A DNA stretch of 64,000 nucleotides, taken from contig ML996694.1 in assembly GCA_010356995.1 (NCBI GenBank), positions 495,224-559,223 of the forward strand. The letters run 5' to 3'. The translations under genes and the position numbers were made by a program. Shown piece after piece: positions 51,378-63,395 of this stretch. Below the pieces are notes generated by a model. It was not told where the DNA came from. It was given only the letters and a program-made list of their open reading frames with translations, and did no database searches. Every line of letters starts with the position of its first letter. Position 1 is the stretch's first letter. The DNA is from Trichodelitschia bisporula (lineage: Eukaryota).

Positions 51378-52207
51378 GGCTGCGAATTGAGGTGCCGTTG
51401 ATACTCAGTCCGTCGTTGCTCCGTCGACTCGTATGCCGGGCTGATGTTCAACCGCCGCCCGTGAGAGTCGACGTTGCTCGGCCATTACGCCAAGCCACTC
51501 ATGGCCCTGGTGTGTTCCCCTTTGTGGCGTCTGAGGTGGCGCTGAACCATAGGCCGTAACGGCGCCACAGATACCTAACCGAACCAACTGCCAGCGATTT
51601 AGAGACAAAAGCGCGCCATTGTCCAATCATCCGCCAGCCTTTTCAACCTCGCTGACGAAAAACGAACAGAAGGCGCATGGCATCGTAGAATCGATGGAAC
51701 GTGCCGTAATTGCGGTCACTTTTGTGATGCGGGCGCACGGGGTTGTGGAATGCATATTGGAGGGTCCTGGGAATGCAGCTTCACTACGGAGCATCCCGAC
51801 AACGAAGAGAAGCGTCATGGCAACAGAAAAAAGGACGCAGCCAACAATGCATATGCCGGCCTCTATCCACTACCCGCAGCCAGTCTATCGGCTTGCCGTC
51901 AAGGCCCGTCTCTCGCTCAACGGCCAAAGAGCCACCGAGAGCATGAATGCTTAACCATGCCAAAAAAAAAACACCCACCACATTGTACCCGCTCCGGTCC
52001 CTTATATATGTAACCTCCCGGACCATGTTCCCGAATGCATCAAAGCCGTCCATATCGCGTCGCAAATGTAACAGATGAACAGCGCCGCTGCCGAGTGCAC
52101 TGTACCCGTTCCGTCTTCCCCAATCCAGTAACGCCCGCCATGCCTTTAAAAAGTATTGTCATCAAAGACCCATGAAAACCGAGAATGTGTACACGAAGCA
52201 GACACGG

Positions 52208-53689
52208 TCAATCGTGATCTAGATCAGGATTTGTAACCTAATTGCCGTTAGAGAATACAGTAGACGGAATTGGCATGCGTACTTTGAGCGGTCGTGTGTA
52301 GTCCCGACTGTCTTCAATCGTTCGAACACTTGTCCTGCTACCGTTGTCATGGGCGAGCAGTGCATTCGGGTCAAGCCGAGAGTCGAAGAACATAGGACGG
52401 CTGTGCCTCCGCTCGGCCATCGGGTCGACCGGGCTGCCGCTGCTTGGAGACGAATCGACACCGCGCACAGTCAACCGAGGGACGCTCGATGCAGATGCCA
52501 AAAGGCCGGACTTCGAATGGACGCTCGTGTTCCGGTTCATAAGACCACCACTACTGGACTCGTATCCTCCTCCGGTTTGTTGTGCGCGTTTGCGCATCCG
52601 GCGGAGGAAGAAAACAAGCACGGCAAGCGCCAACAGGCCGAGAATGCTCCCAATAGTGGCGGCAACAATGATTCCAGTTGCCGGCTTGGATGAATGCGTC
52701 TTCTGGAGAGCCTGGCCGCTCGAGGGCGTGCTAGTAACCGTCTGGGTGACGGCCGAGCCGCTGACCGTAATCACCTGGACACTGACGACAGGAGTCGTAC
52801 CCGAAGGGGCTTTGGGGGCCTGAGAGCTGCTAGGAGCTTGAGTCGCCTGTTGATAATCAGCTTGCGTTCGCAGAAAGTTGGGATAAGAAGTGAAGGCTAA
52901 TGAAGGGTCAAGCTCATACAGCGTCATCTGAAGTGATTGTCTGATCGACCTCCACCGCATCAATGACCGTCTGCGTACGGACTCCTGAAAACCCATAGGC
53001 AACTTTCTGCTAAGCAGATGGGTTAAAATGCTATCCTGAAAAGGGGAAGAAGAGGAACTCCTGACTCCAATCGACGCCCACAATAAGGAGTTGACGTCAA
53101 CAAAATTGAGACTGACCGTAGTCGAAGCGAAGCTTAAGGTGGGGCTAGGAACTGATATAGACGCACTAGGCGACGTTTGTAAAGGAATAATAACGGAAGT
53201 AGAAGATGAAGAAAGACTCTGCGAACTACTCCCCGGGTGTGTGGTACTGACCGTTGAACCTGCGACACCGCGCGTGCCCGAAGGGCTCTTTGAAAGCGCG
53301 ATGTACCCAAACAACCCGTTGTCCACGCTGCCACAGTTCTCGGCAGGAAAGCCGGGACAGCTGAGGTCACAACTGGTTATCGGGTGTTGGTCCGCGGGGA
53401 TGTAGTTGGAGCACCAGCACGACTTGTCCTGGACGACGGCTAGGGCCCAGCCGTCATTCTGGCACTTGTCATGGCAGAGACCATTTGACTGGAAGGTGCT
53501 GAGGACTGCGACGGAGCCAAGTCAGGATAACGGAAAGATTGTATCGAGCGACCACCACGTACCTGCGGATCCACTTGCTGTGTTTTGTGACGAGCAGTAG
53601 GCTTGTGTCAAGGCGAGCGCGAAGGATGGGAGGGAAAAGATGACGAAGAGCAGCGCAGCAAGCATCGTCGGAGGGTGTCGGGAAGGCAT
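52208..53689 (-). CDS. WSC1: WSC-domain cell-wall integrity sensor (Wsc1/Slg1-like)
   Basis: Signal peptide, Cys-rich WSC domain (FQSNGLCHDKC...CWCSN...CPGFPAENCG), Ser/Thr stalk, one TM helix, cytoplasmic tail ending LKVTNPDLDHD*. Confidence 0.88.
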
Positions 53690-54155
53690 CCTGAGCGCGT
53701 AGTTTCAGCAAGAGAGTTCCCAAAGAGAGAGAATGATTGCGTAGGGATAGATAGAGAATTCGGGGTAGTGAGAGAACAATCGGGGTTTGCTGACCCTGTG
53801 GCACGAAGGCCGCGTTGTCAAAACGCAGACCGATGCGTGGTGAGTGAAGTTTGAGTGAAGCAAAAGTGATAAGGGAAGCCAAAGGGCAAAGGAAGCGTTT
53901 GAAGGGGAGTGGAGACTACTCGATAGGCCAAGGGCTTGCGCAATAATGGCAACTAAGACGGTAGGTAGGGGGGGGTTAAGGCAGGGCGGGGGGAGGCGGG
54001 AAGTAGAGTGACAGTGGTGGCACTGGCACTCGGCACGTCGTGACGCCGCACGGTGCAATGGGGCCGCTAAATAGCGGCAGGGTAGGGTGTGGGCTGGCGC
54101 CAGCAGGCGGGGGAGGGGAGATGGGGTGCGGAGAGTGGTAAAAGCACGGCGGAGA

Positions 54156-54190
<35 letters not shown>

Positions 54191-54347
54191 TACGGATGTA
54201 GAGATTGAATGAGGGAGAGAGGAGTGCTGAAATGAGGAAACGGACCTTGTATATGAGACACTGACACAACGCACGCCGAGCCCAAACGAATCCGCAGGAA
54301 AAACACAAGCAAAAGTGCAGGTGGTGGTGGTGGTGGTGGTGGTGGTG
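54156..54347 (+). repeat. (GA)n and (GGT)n microsatellites upstream of the WSC gene
   Basis: GA run ~54156-54180; GGT x ~9 at 54320-54347. Confidence 0.85.
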
Positions 54348-57300
54348 GATAGCGTTAACTGAGATGAATGGATATACGGCGTTCGACGATGCGGAAGAGC
54401 GAAAAAAAAAGGTCAAGTTAGAGTGCGCTGTTCCTGCGCGCAGCCCACCAATTGCCAATAGTCGATAGCCACCGATCGATCAAAGAATGATGGTCTGGAG
54501 ATGGTGGTTCAGATTTGCATACGCCGACCCTTTCCGTTCAACACGTCGCCGTCGTCGTCGTCAACAACATAAGCAAAGCGGTAAAGAACGAGAAGACATT
54601 GTTTGAGGTGTTTGCCGGTGGGGGAGAAACACCACGGGCTGCCGATGATGATTGTAGATGGACGGGGTTTCCGGAGCGCGGAAGAGGGAAATGATGATGG
54701 GAGATGGTGGGAATTTGTAAGGCGGAGATGGGTCTTGCTGATCTTCATACTACGTCTTTTCCCCTCTCTTTCTACTCTCCCCATCCATCCGGTCACCTTT
54801 CTACGTATATCTCCGTCTCGACGTGCAAGGGGATCTTCAGCACCAACAGTATCCTGCAGCTCTTGTCTGCAAGCTGCCTGCAAGAAGCCTGCAACCTTTT
54901 ACCAGGATGCCACTGTTGGAAAAAGGATTCACGATAAAAGTCAGTTTTTTTGCTGCCAGAGCTTATCCTATCAACCTGCCTTCCTCTACTGTAGTATTGC
55001 TTGGTACTTGCTGGCAGTACAGTAATGAGAGAGAGCGAGAGAGAAAGACAATGTTATCTCGACTTCCGCCCCCCCACGGCAGGCCGAACAGCCTTGATCC
55101 TTCCTATCTCAACTTTAGCATTATTCTCTTCCTTAGCCAGGAACTGCCCGCACTCCGAGAGGGATATCCCACACACTTTCTTATGTATCAACCTTGATCC
55201 TTAACAACGACCTAGCCCGTTCTCACCCTCCCTCCTCCCTCTCTGACTCTGCTTTGAATAGTTTAATTTACGATCCTACCACTGCTCCTACTCTACACCA
55301 CTCCTCCCACTTTACGAGAAACGTCCCGATCCCTTCCGCCAGCTCGCCGTTCATTATGGCCACAAAATGTTTCCACACGGGAATGTCTTCCCTTCAGTGC
55401 CTTCACTGTCCCCCTGACGTCCGAAGCCACATCTTGGATAATAAGCTTTGGGGTTGCCGGTATGCTAGAAAACCCACCGCACCGCATCCACCACACCCAC
55501 CTACCAACCCCAGCCAGTGGTCAGCCTGTGGAGTCGTGGTTGCTGGGAACGACCCCACCCTGGCCAGGCTGGCCTGCTGTACGCGGTTAAAACACTTCGC
55601 TGTGTCCTCCGCTGAGAGCTCGTCCAGTGGATCGTGCATGATATCGATGCCCGATTTGGTCTCTCACGCTCTTCCACTCGCCATTACCAACTGCAGTCTC
55701 GCCTTCTTACCTTACCCCGCACGTGGCTGGTCTGTGGTTCCGCGGTGAGACTTGCTGGGTGCTTCCCCACTCTGCACTTGGCGAGAAGCGATTGGAATCT
55801 CGGGACGGCAAAGGTTGCGTGTACACTTCGTGTTGCGTCGGCCTACTCTGCCCGTTTGTATCACGCCTCCCCCACGCATCTCCGGGAAGTCTGGTCAGTC
55901 CAACGCTGTCTGCATCACAATACGGGAGCTCTCGCGATAAGATGCTGGGGTTCGCTGCTGTCCAAGGCTGCAGTTCGCAGGCGAAACACCACCTTGGCGT
56001 GCTCACATCCACCCCATCCTCGCCACCTCTTACCCCGCTGTTCCGGCCATTTCAATATTGCACGCATATCGTAGTGCGTGTGGGGAAACGGCGCGGCTGC
56101 ACTGCGCCTCACGCGCAGAATAATGGCGCATATAGTGAAGGTTGAATTGATGGATCGAGTAAGTGCATTCATCGGCCTACGGGTATGTGCAATCGATGTT
56201 TATCATTCGATTCACCAAACCCCGTGACGGTAGCTAGCACAAACTAGCAGGCCAGCACCCTCGAGATAGCAACCCGATAAGCGGGCTTATCGTTTTCTCA
56301 ACCTTCACGATCGCCTTATGGTGGTGGGCAGCAATGTTCTCCGAGAGGTTGTAACGAATGTTCAGTCGCCAGTGAGGGGCCCCTTGGGCAATATTGCACA
56401 GTGCTAAGCCGCGGCTCTACTCCTTACATACAGCAACTGTTGATGGGACACTCTCCAGTTTGCGTGCATCCCTGAGGTCAGATCAATAATGACGGAAAGG
56501 GACAGTTCGCCACTCAATTGACAGCTGTGGGCGGGGCGGTGCACACGTCAAGGTCAGTGGCTATCACAGGTACCGGGCACCACCTTAGCCCGGGACCCTC
56601 TGTCCCTTGCAATTCAAAAGATAGTGAGGAACCGGCACGGAGTCGCTGAGCCGGCCCCCGGAAGATCGCGTTGCATTGGTGTGTCTTTACTAAAGTACGA
56701 TCCCTAGGACCGAAAGCGGGTAGGGTTGTACGTCATTGAGTAAGGCGGAAAGCTTGGCGCACCGCCAGAGCACGGCCACGACGGCGTCCAGCCACCCGTG
56801 AATTTCGTTTCGCCCGAACCACGAATGGAAGCGCGCGCTCCGGCAAGCCGCCGGCCGGGCGTCGGTCGGCCGCAATTACGCCCCAACGGTCGGCAAAGTG
56901 TCATGCCGAAACCACCTGATGGACTCGTCGAGCCGCCCCAATTTATCGATCGACCTTCCGCGCGCTTGCTGCACAGCTCTCAGCCATTCGGCTTCCATTT
57001 CCATTCGGTGCTTCCCCATGCCGGCCTTGATCGGGCTGAACCGGCGGCATCAACCACGTGGCCCTCGGGGCTGCCGCCCTGATACATACCGACGACTCAT
57101 ACTTCATCTCCCTTTTCGAGGGTCTTCTTGTTGGCCAAGTAAACGCATCTCTACGTAGTATGTACCCATGCCCATTGTGCGCTACCATGGCACTCACATT
57201 TCAGCAGGACAACAACAAAGGGACGCAGGGCCACTCCGACCAGGAAACGTGGCCGAGCTGGGAAGTTGACGAGCGCACGAAGATCGTACGCAGGGAAGGC

Positions 57301-58249
57301 TGAAACGGAGGAATTTTCCGCTCAGCCCTTGGCCCCTTGTTTAACGGGGATGGGAAATTGGAAACAACGGCCTTGAAACTTTCCTTGCAAATCGTCATTC
57401 CCGGGGACAGGCTCCATGAGTTCATCACCTGAAGTTGCTGCTTTCGTGCACAGCGAAAGTGTCACGGAAGGTGGCGTTCTAGCGGCTCCACCGTTTCTGC
57501 CACAAGTGCATCAGTCCCCGGATGGCAATGTTTGAACCTGATCGACAACCTCATTTTGACCTGGTTTGCCATTTCCACCAATGCTCTAATCTAGCATCTG
57601 CGCTGCCTCTAAAATGTGAGGCCCCGTGGATGAAATTCCCATAGTGACCACCTCGTCCCGGCCTTGTGATTGGTTTGTTCTCGCTGCCTAGACCTCGGCG
57701 CCTGGACTCTCAGAGTATTCTCACGGAAATACATCCGTAGTAAGAGATGGCATCCGCTACCACAACTAACGTCTAGAACAAGGCATCCAAATTCTATGAC
57801 GCAATGCCATCTCGCGGTGGTTTTTCCTAGTATTTCAGATGAGAGGCGGTGGAGCTAGATGAGCAGAGGTGATAAGGCAGGATGCAAGCAAAAGGGTCTT
57901 TGCAGATCATCGTTTTTAAAAAAAAGTGCCGAAAGACGAGTGATTGGTCCTCACGCATGACAGTCTCCCATATCTTCTCTTTCATATGATTGAAGTTTAG
58001 TGCAGTGTTCTCTACGGTAGTTCATCGTTCGGCTGATCCCGATGTTTTACGCGGAGCATGTTGATGCCATGATGCCTTATGTGTTGGTGCCTGACCGCCA
58101 AGTCTCCCGATACCGTCATCGCCAATCATGTAGGTTGGATTGGCGCGGCAATCTTGACGTCCTCGAGAAGCTGTCCAGCGCACTCTAAGCATCAACCTCC
58201 ACTACCACAAACAGTGCGGGAACTTGACCGCCGCTTTCTGGCCGTCATA

Positions 58250-58917
58250 ATGAGGCTCCCTCTCATCTTCATCTCCAAGTTCGTTGGAACCGTCTCGCTC
58301 GGCCTGCTCACGGTATATCACCCCGCAATCTCCTTACCCCCCTGACTCTTACCAAACAGTCCCACTACATCCTACCCCGCTGTGCATCGCAAGACTGACA
58401 TCCCCAGGGCGTGTCCTACACTCTTTCTACCATCGCCCTTCCCTCTCTCCTGCACCTGTCCACCGCTCCTACCGCCGCTCAGACTCATGCCTTCCTCGCC
58501 GCCCACTCCCGTGGCGCGCAAAAGCTCCTGTCGGGAATCTCTGTGGGAGCTTTGACCTTTGCCTTCCTCTTCTCACCCCGTCGTGCTCGCCATCCGTACC
58601 TCATCTGGACTGCTCTTGTTGCGGGCGCTGCTTGGGCACCCGGCCTGGAGCGGCTTACAGCACACTACTTCATTGGACCCGAAGTTCAGGGTCCAGGCCC
58701 TGTTAAGCTGGCCCCTGGGATCGAGGAGAGCGGGGTGTTCGTTGGCTCTGGTAGCAGGAGTGCTAGCGAGGCAGAGATTGATGTTGATGCGGGTGTGAAT
58801 GGAGAGGTTGTCAGGCGGGGAGTGGAGCAGGATCGCGCTGTTGAAGGAGTCCGTGCGGGGATCTGGGGGCTAGCATTTGCAATGGGGCTGATCGGCATCT
58901 GGGGAGACGGCGCGTAG
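58250..58917 (+). CDS. ATG33: Autophagy-related protein 33 (Atg33/Scm4-like mitochondrial membrane protein)
   Basis: SKFVGTVSLGLLT|GVSY, SPRRARHPYLIWT, VNGEVVR, C-terminal GIWGDGA*; intron 58313-58407. Confidence 0.8.
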
Positions 58918-59724
58918 AAAAGACGTGCATATGGGGGGGATGGGGGCGTCAAATGTGGGTTCATGAGGCGGCTAGACTTCACGATGGTTCGGTGGCGATG
59001 AGGTGTTGGGACGTCCTTCGGTGATTACAGATTGTATGAATCCACTCCTGTCCTTTGGAATACGGCTAAATCTCCCTTCATGGCCGTGAGGCTGGCATGC
59101 ACTATTCTCATAAGACTTTGCTGTCTCTGGATTAAGTATAAATGGCCCCCGTCCCTTGAGCGATGACACGTGCTCCTGATTTTCAATATGCCCTTTATCG
59201 TCGTTTCCTTGCTGCTCCACCAGATGGACGAGCTTGAATTTGGTCACATAACTGAGCAAGCAGGCGCTAAATATTCAGGTCAAGAAGGAATCGTTCCGCT
59301 TCGACATCGTACCCCCTGGTCATGGCCTCTTTCGATGCACAGCTTCCCGTTATTTGTAGTCCTGGCCAGCAGCCAAGTGGTCTTGCGTTGGGACTTTCCA
59401 CTACTGAAGGGGGCAAGTTCCATTCTAGTTCTGCTCACGACGTGGATCGTCTCTGACCCTGCCACAATATTTGTGCTTAGTCCCTCCGTTACGGAAGTGA
59501 GGAGGAGTAGCTGCTGCTTCTCATCCGGTAACGAGCCCTCGTGTTTACACTCCGGAGTGGCTTCCCTCAGGGTGTGGAATTGACTGGGAACTGAGTATTT
59601 AACGCCGCGAATCCTCCATCCCGTCATCTCCTCAGCTGCAGTCTTACTCCCACTATATCATATCTCCCCTTTCGACTTGGTTGTCGAGGATATCTCGACA
59701 GCCTTCTTGGACCTTTTCGCCGGC

Positions 59725-61760
59725 ATGGTCCCCAATGTGGTGGTGAGTTTTCCGTTTCTGTCCATTGGATTGTTGCCTCTCCGTGGTTGGGCCTTGGTTC
59801 TTTATGGTTTCCGCATGTTCTTCCTCTGTATCAGCAGCAGATGCTCAATTCGTGGCCTCATCGCCTTCCCATTTGTGCCGTTTCCTTGCCATCCGCTAAT
59901 CAGGTATCTTAGGTTCCAGGCCTCCTGGCACTGGCGGCACTCTTTCCTCTGGCAAGCGCCCGCCATGCTGAAGGCACTGTCACCTGGTATGATCACGACA
60001 ACTGCCGCGGGCAAGGCGTCCACCCCTCGGTCAAAGTCCACGAAAACGAGTGCCACACCATCCCCCACGAAGCCTCCCCCATGTCCTTCCGATTATATAA
60101 GATGAAGCACTGGCCCAGCCCGAAGGAGAATGCAGAATGCTATCTACACGTATTCCCCGACGCTCCGTGTGCGGACACTGAGCACTCCTATATCGGGAGG
60201 GTCGGCGATATCAAGTTCAACTGCATCAACCCCTGGGTGAACATTTCGACGGGCTATAAAGGCTTCCGCTCCGTGAAGCTTCTCTGCGATCGACCAGGCG
60301 GTAAGAAGCGTCCTTCGGGGGGGAGGCCGCGCTTAGGGCCGGTTGGTGACGATGAGGTCGTCAAGAACCCGTCCGATTACCATCATCCTAAACCGGTTGC
60401 TCATGATCCGAACCTCAATGATACTGATGGGCATGGTACAGATGGCCACGACACAGATCACGGCAAGAAGACGGACTCGGACTCGGATTCAGACTCGGAT
60501 GGTGACAGTCACAAGCCAAAGACTGAGCCCACAAAAGGCGTGGCTGGCGGCAACGCGGACCCCCATGACACGGATCACCACGATACGGACACAGATGACG
60601 ACAAGCCCAAGGCCAAGGACACGAAGGGTGCATCCACCGTAACCTCAGTCATCGTCACCTCAGAGACCGTCCTCGCACCCGCCGTCACCTCAGTCATCGT
60701 CACCTCAGAGACCATCCTCGCACCCGCCGTCACCTCAGTCATCGTCACACCAGTTGTAGTCGTCCCAACTACCATCATCGAACCCTCCGTCACCTCAACC
60801 ACTGTTACCTCAGTAACCTCAACTACCGTCACCTCAGCCGTCCCTACCTCAGTCACCGTCACCTCTGTCACCGTCAGCACCGTGATCCGCGCCCCACCGA
60901 CTTCACGCAGCACACGTACCCGCACAACTAGCATCTGGTACACGTGGACCGAGACACATCTCAGCGAGCAAAGCGGTGTCACGACGGCCCGAGTCGTCGA
61001 GACCCTGACGGTCACTCCCAAGACCAAGCATAACCGCGCCCCGATGGCAACGTCTGGGCCCGTGGCTCTGCTTCCTCGCGCTGCGAACGTTGCTTTTGCG
61101 GTCCCCACCTCGGCATCGCTGGTGCGCTTTGACGGCGGCAAGGACGGCGGCGTGCTGACCTTCGACGGGCCGGCACCGGTCGCCTACCCGCTCTCCCGTG
61201 ACGATGACACGGAATACTCGGGGTCGTTTCTGGGGTCGTTGGATGCGGAGACGCTGGGTCGGGTGAAGGATATGACACTTGTGGGGACGCTGCGCGTGAC
61301 GGACGTGTCGTATGACTTTGTGGCTTTCCTCGTGCCGATGGCGAATAACCAGACAGCCATTGTGTACTTGTTCGAAGAGTGGAAGCCTATGGATTCGGAT
61401 TCTGGGTCGGATGATGAAGTGGATGTGGGCCACGGGAACTGGACGACGACTGCGGCTACGACCTCGATTGTCAAAGTTACGGGATCTTCCACTTCCACAT
61501 CGACGAACACTACGGTGCTGCTGCCTACTTCTCTGAAGTTGCCTCGCGATGTCCATGCGTCGGCTGCGCCTATGGGCGTCGGCATCGCTGTGGATGTCCG
61601 TCCGGGTTTCAATGCTGTGCAGAAGGCATCTGTACTCCGGGATCTGGACGAGGCGCTGCAGTTCAAGAAGAAGCAGGTTCAGACGGGACGGGTCAATGGT
61701 GGGAAGGCCCGGTCGGCGTGGAACTTAGGGCCGTCTTCCTTCCGCACGGTGATCCAGTAG
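59725..61760 (+). CDS. Secreted mosaic protein: Cys domain, His/Asp-rich linker, Thr/Val repeats, C-terminal domain
   Basis: Exon 59725-59742 (MVPNVV) spliced across 59743-59912 gives a signal peptide (VPGLLALAALFPLASA) in frame with the 559-aa ORF. Confidence 0.75.
60639..60748 (+). repeat. 45-bp coding tandem repeat (~2.4 copies)
   Basis: GT(A/C)ACCTCAGTCATCGTCACCTCAGAGACC(G/A)TCCTCGCACCCGCC encoding VTSVIVTSET(V/I)LAPA. Confidence 0.9.
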
Positions 61761-62190
61761 AGTGCCATGCAGGGCAGAGAAAGGTCCATCGAAAGGGTTA
61801 TTCTTTGCGTTTTGGTGTTTGAGGCGCTTGAGCAATGGTGTTAAGGTGGTATTTGCAGCGCTGGAGTCGGCTGTTTTCTGTTTTGGGGTTGAGGTGCTTT
61901 TTGGTGCAGCTTTTTCCTTTGCTCTTGTGCGTTTCTTTAGTCCGTTTTTGGAAGCATCCCTGAATCATTCTTCTTAAATTTGTGCAAATTCTGTGACCGT
62001 GAAGGATCAAAATTTTGACGCATCTGCAACTGGGTAAAGAGGCTCTAGGGTCACTTCATCGGGACCGGTTCTCGAGACGTTTATCATATGGCTAACCCAA
62101 ATTGATACTACGGTACATGAGGCAGGCTAGCTAACCTTCGAACCAAAGAAAGTGGATATCATATGTACATCACGCCACTGTCACATTCAC

Positions 62191-63395
62191 CTAGAAGATG
62201 GCAAGAGCATTAGGCGGCGATCCAACAGCGCCAGGAACGTTCAACGGTACAGACGTTAGCAGGAAAGTGTACCGCTTGACCTTGTTAGCGTATTCCGAGA
62301 GCGCCTTCAAGTCCCACAGCTCGCCGATAGGTAAGCCGAACAAGCTCAAGAAGTACTGGTGGAGCACTGATCTTGTTAGCAAAGCCACCATCCTCACACC
62401 GACCCACCTACCTAGCGAAGCGATTCCCTTCTCCTCGCCATTCACAACCGGTGGCAGCGCCTCAAACGCAATCGCATCGCCTGCGACAGCCGCGAAGTGC
62501 TTATTCCAAAACCAGCGCGCCGACTCCTCCGTACCATCCACGCCGACCGTGCGGTGCGTGCCCAGCGCCTTCTCCTGCTCTTCCGCGTTCATGGCGCCCA
62601 GTGCTTCGGTGAAGCCCGTCCGGATGATAATGATGTCGCCAGTCTTGAACGCGGTGCCCTGTGCTGCAGCCACGGCCTCGAGTTCCTTGACGGTGACCCG
62701 GTGCGACTCGAACGGCGAGTACTTGATCCCCTGCGCATCGGCCCAGGCCTTGTAGTCGATGAAGACGCCACGGCCGACGAGCCCACCACGGGCGTGCCAG
62801 TCTGGGGAGTGGTTAGAAGGGGAAATGCAGAAAGTGAAAAGGGATGGTACGGTTCAGAGTAGGTATCAGCTGATCCCGATCGGTTTCGCCGAAGTTTTGC
62901 ACCAGCGCGCTGACGTCTGTCTCCACGCCGTTGTAGGCTTTACCCGTGGGCTGGTGGTGAAAGTGAACTAAGGGGTAAGCAGCTACCATGGATGCTTTGC
63001 GAGCGTCGTACCGAGACTGTCCCACTGGCTGCTGCACTGCGTGTTGAACGACACCTCATCGTCAAAGCCATGAATGGGCAGCGGTGTGTCCATAAAGTTT
63101 ATGACCTTGTGGTCGAGGCCCTTGCGTAGGAAACCCGGCTTCTCGATTGCGCCGATCGGCCAGCTGGGACGTGGTTAGGAGCGCAGTGTCCGCGCGGGGC
63201 CGAGGGTACGCACTTCAAGGACACGGAAACACCGTCCTTGACCTCCTTGACGGCTTCCTTAACCACATCCGTGGTCAGCAGGTTGACCGTCCCAAACACG
63301 TCCTTCTTGCCATCCTTGTCAAAGAGGCCCCAGGCGCAGCCCTGCGGCATGCCCTCCACCTTGGGCAGGCTATCGAAGTCGGGGAGTCCAGCCAT
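62191..63395 (-). CDS. Putative cyclase-family metallohydrolase (kynurenine formamidase-like fold)
   Basis: PQGCAWGLF..D..GTVNLLT, FNTQCSSQWDSLVH, RGGLVGRGVFIDY, GDIIIIRTG, AVAGDAIAFE, PIGELWDL, GAVGSPPNALAIF*; 4 introns. Confidence 0.88.

Noticed and set aside
51378..51502. Possible upstream coding exon for GCS1 (ATG AGT GGC TTG GC|gtaatg)
   Set aside because: Splicing to the CAG before the 51377 ATG would be out of frame, so the start was left at MWEVDPE.
54888..54952. U5 snRNA loop-I-like hairpin (CCTG-CAACCTTTTAC-CAGG) with a downstream U-run
   Set aside because: The loop has ACCTTTTAC rather than the invariant GCCTTTTAC, there is no proper Sm site, and no extended U5 stem.
58313..58407. 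Possible stwintron in ATG33
   Set aside because: Removing the inner intron would create GTCCCA, which is not a usable donor.
49..58917. Functional clustering of phosphatase regulators and trafficking/autophagy genes (SDS22, SAP190, VPS60, SNX41, GCS1, ATG33)
   Set aside because: They are interspersed with unrelated housekeeping genes and share no visible motif; consistent with ordinary gene order.
58972..59700. Minus-strand ORFs between ATG33 and the secreted protein
   Set aside because: Could not join them into a coherent spliced gene and found no recognisable motifs.
20344..62414. Short stop-free 3n introns (SNX41 48 nt, SRP72 45 nt, cyclase 45 nt)
   Set aside because: For 15-16 codons the absence of a stop is common by chance; no evidence of regulated retention.
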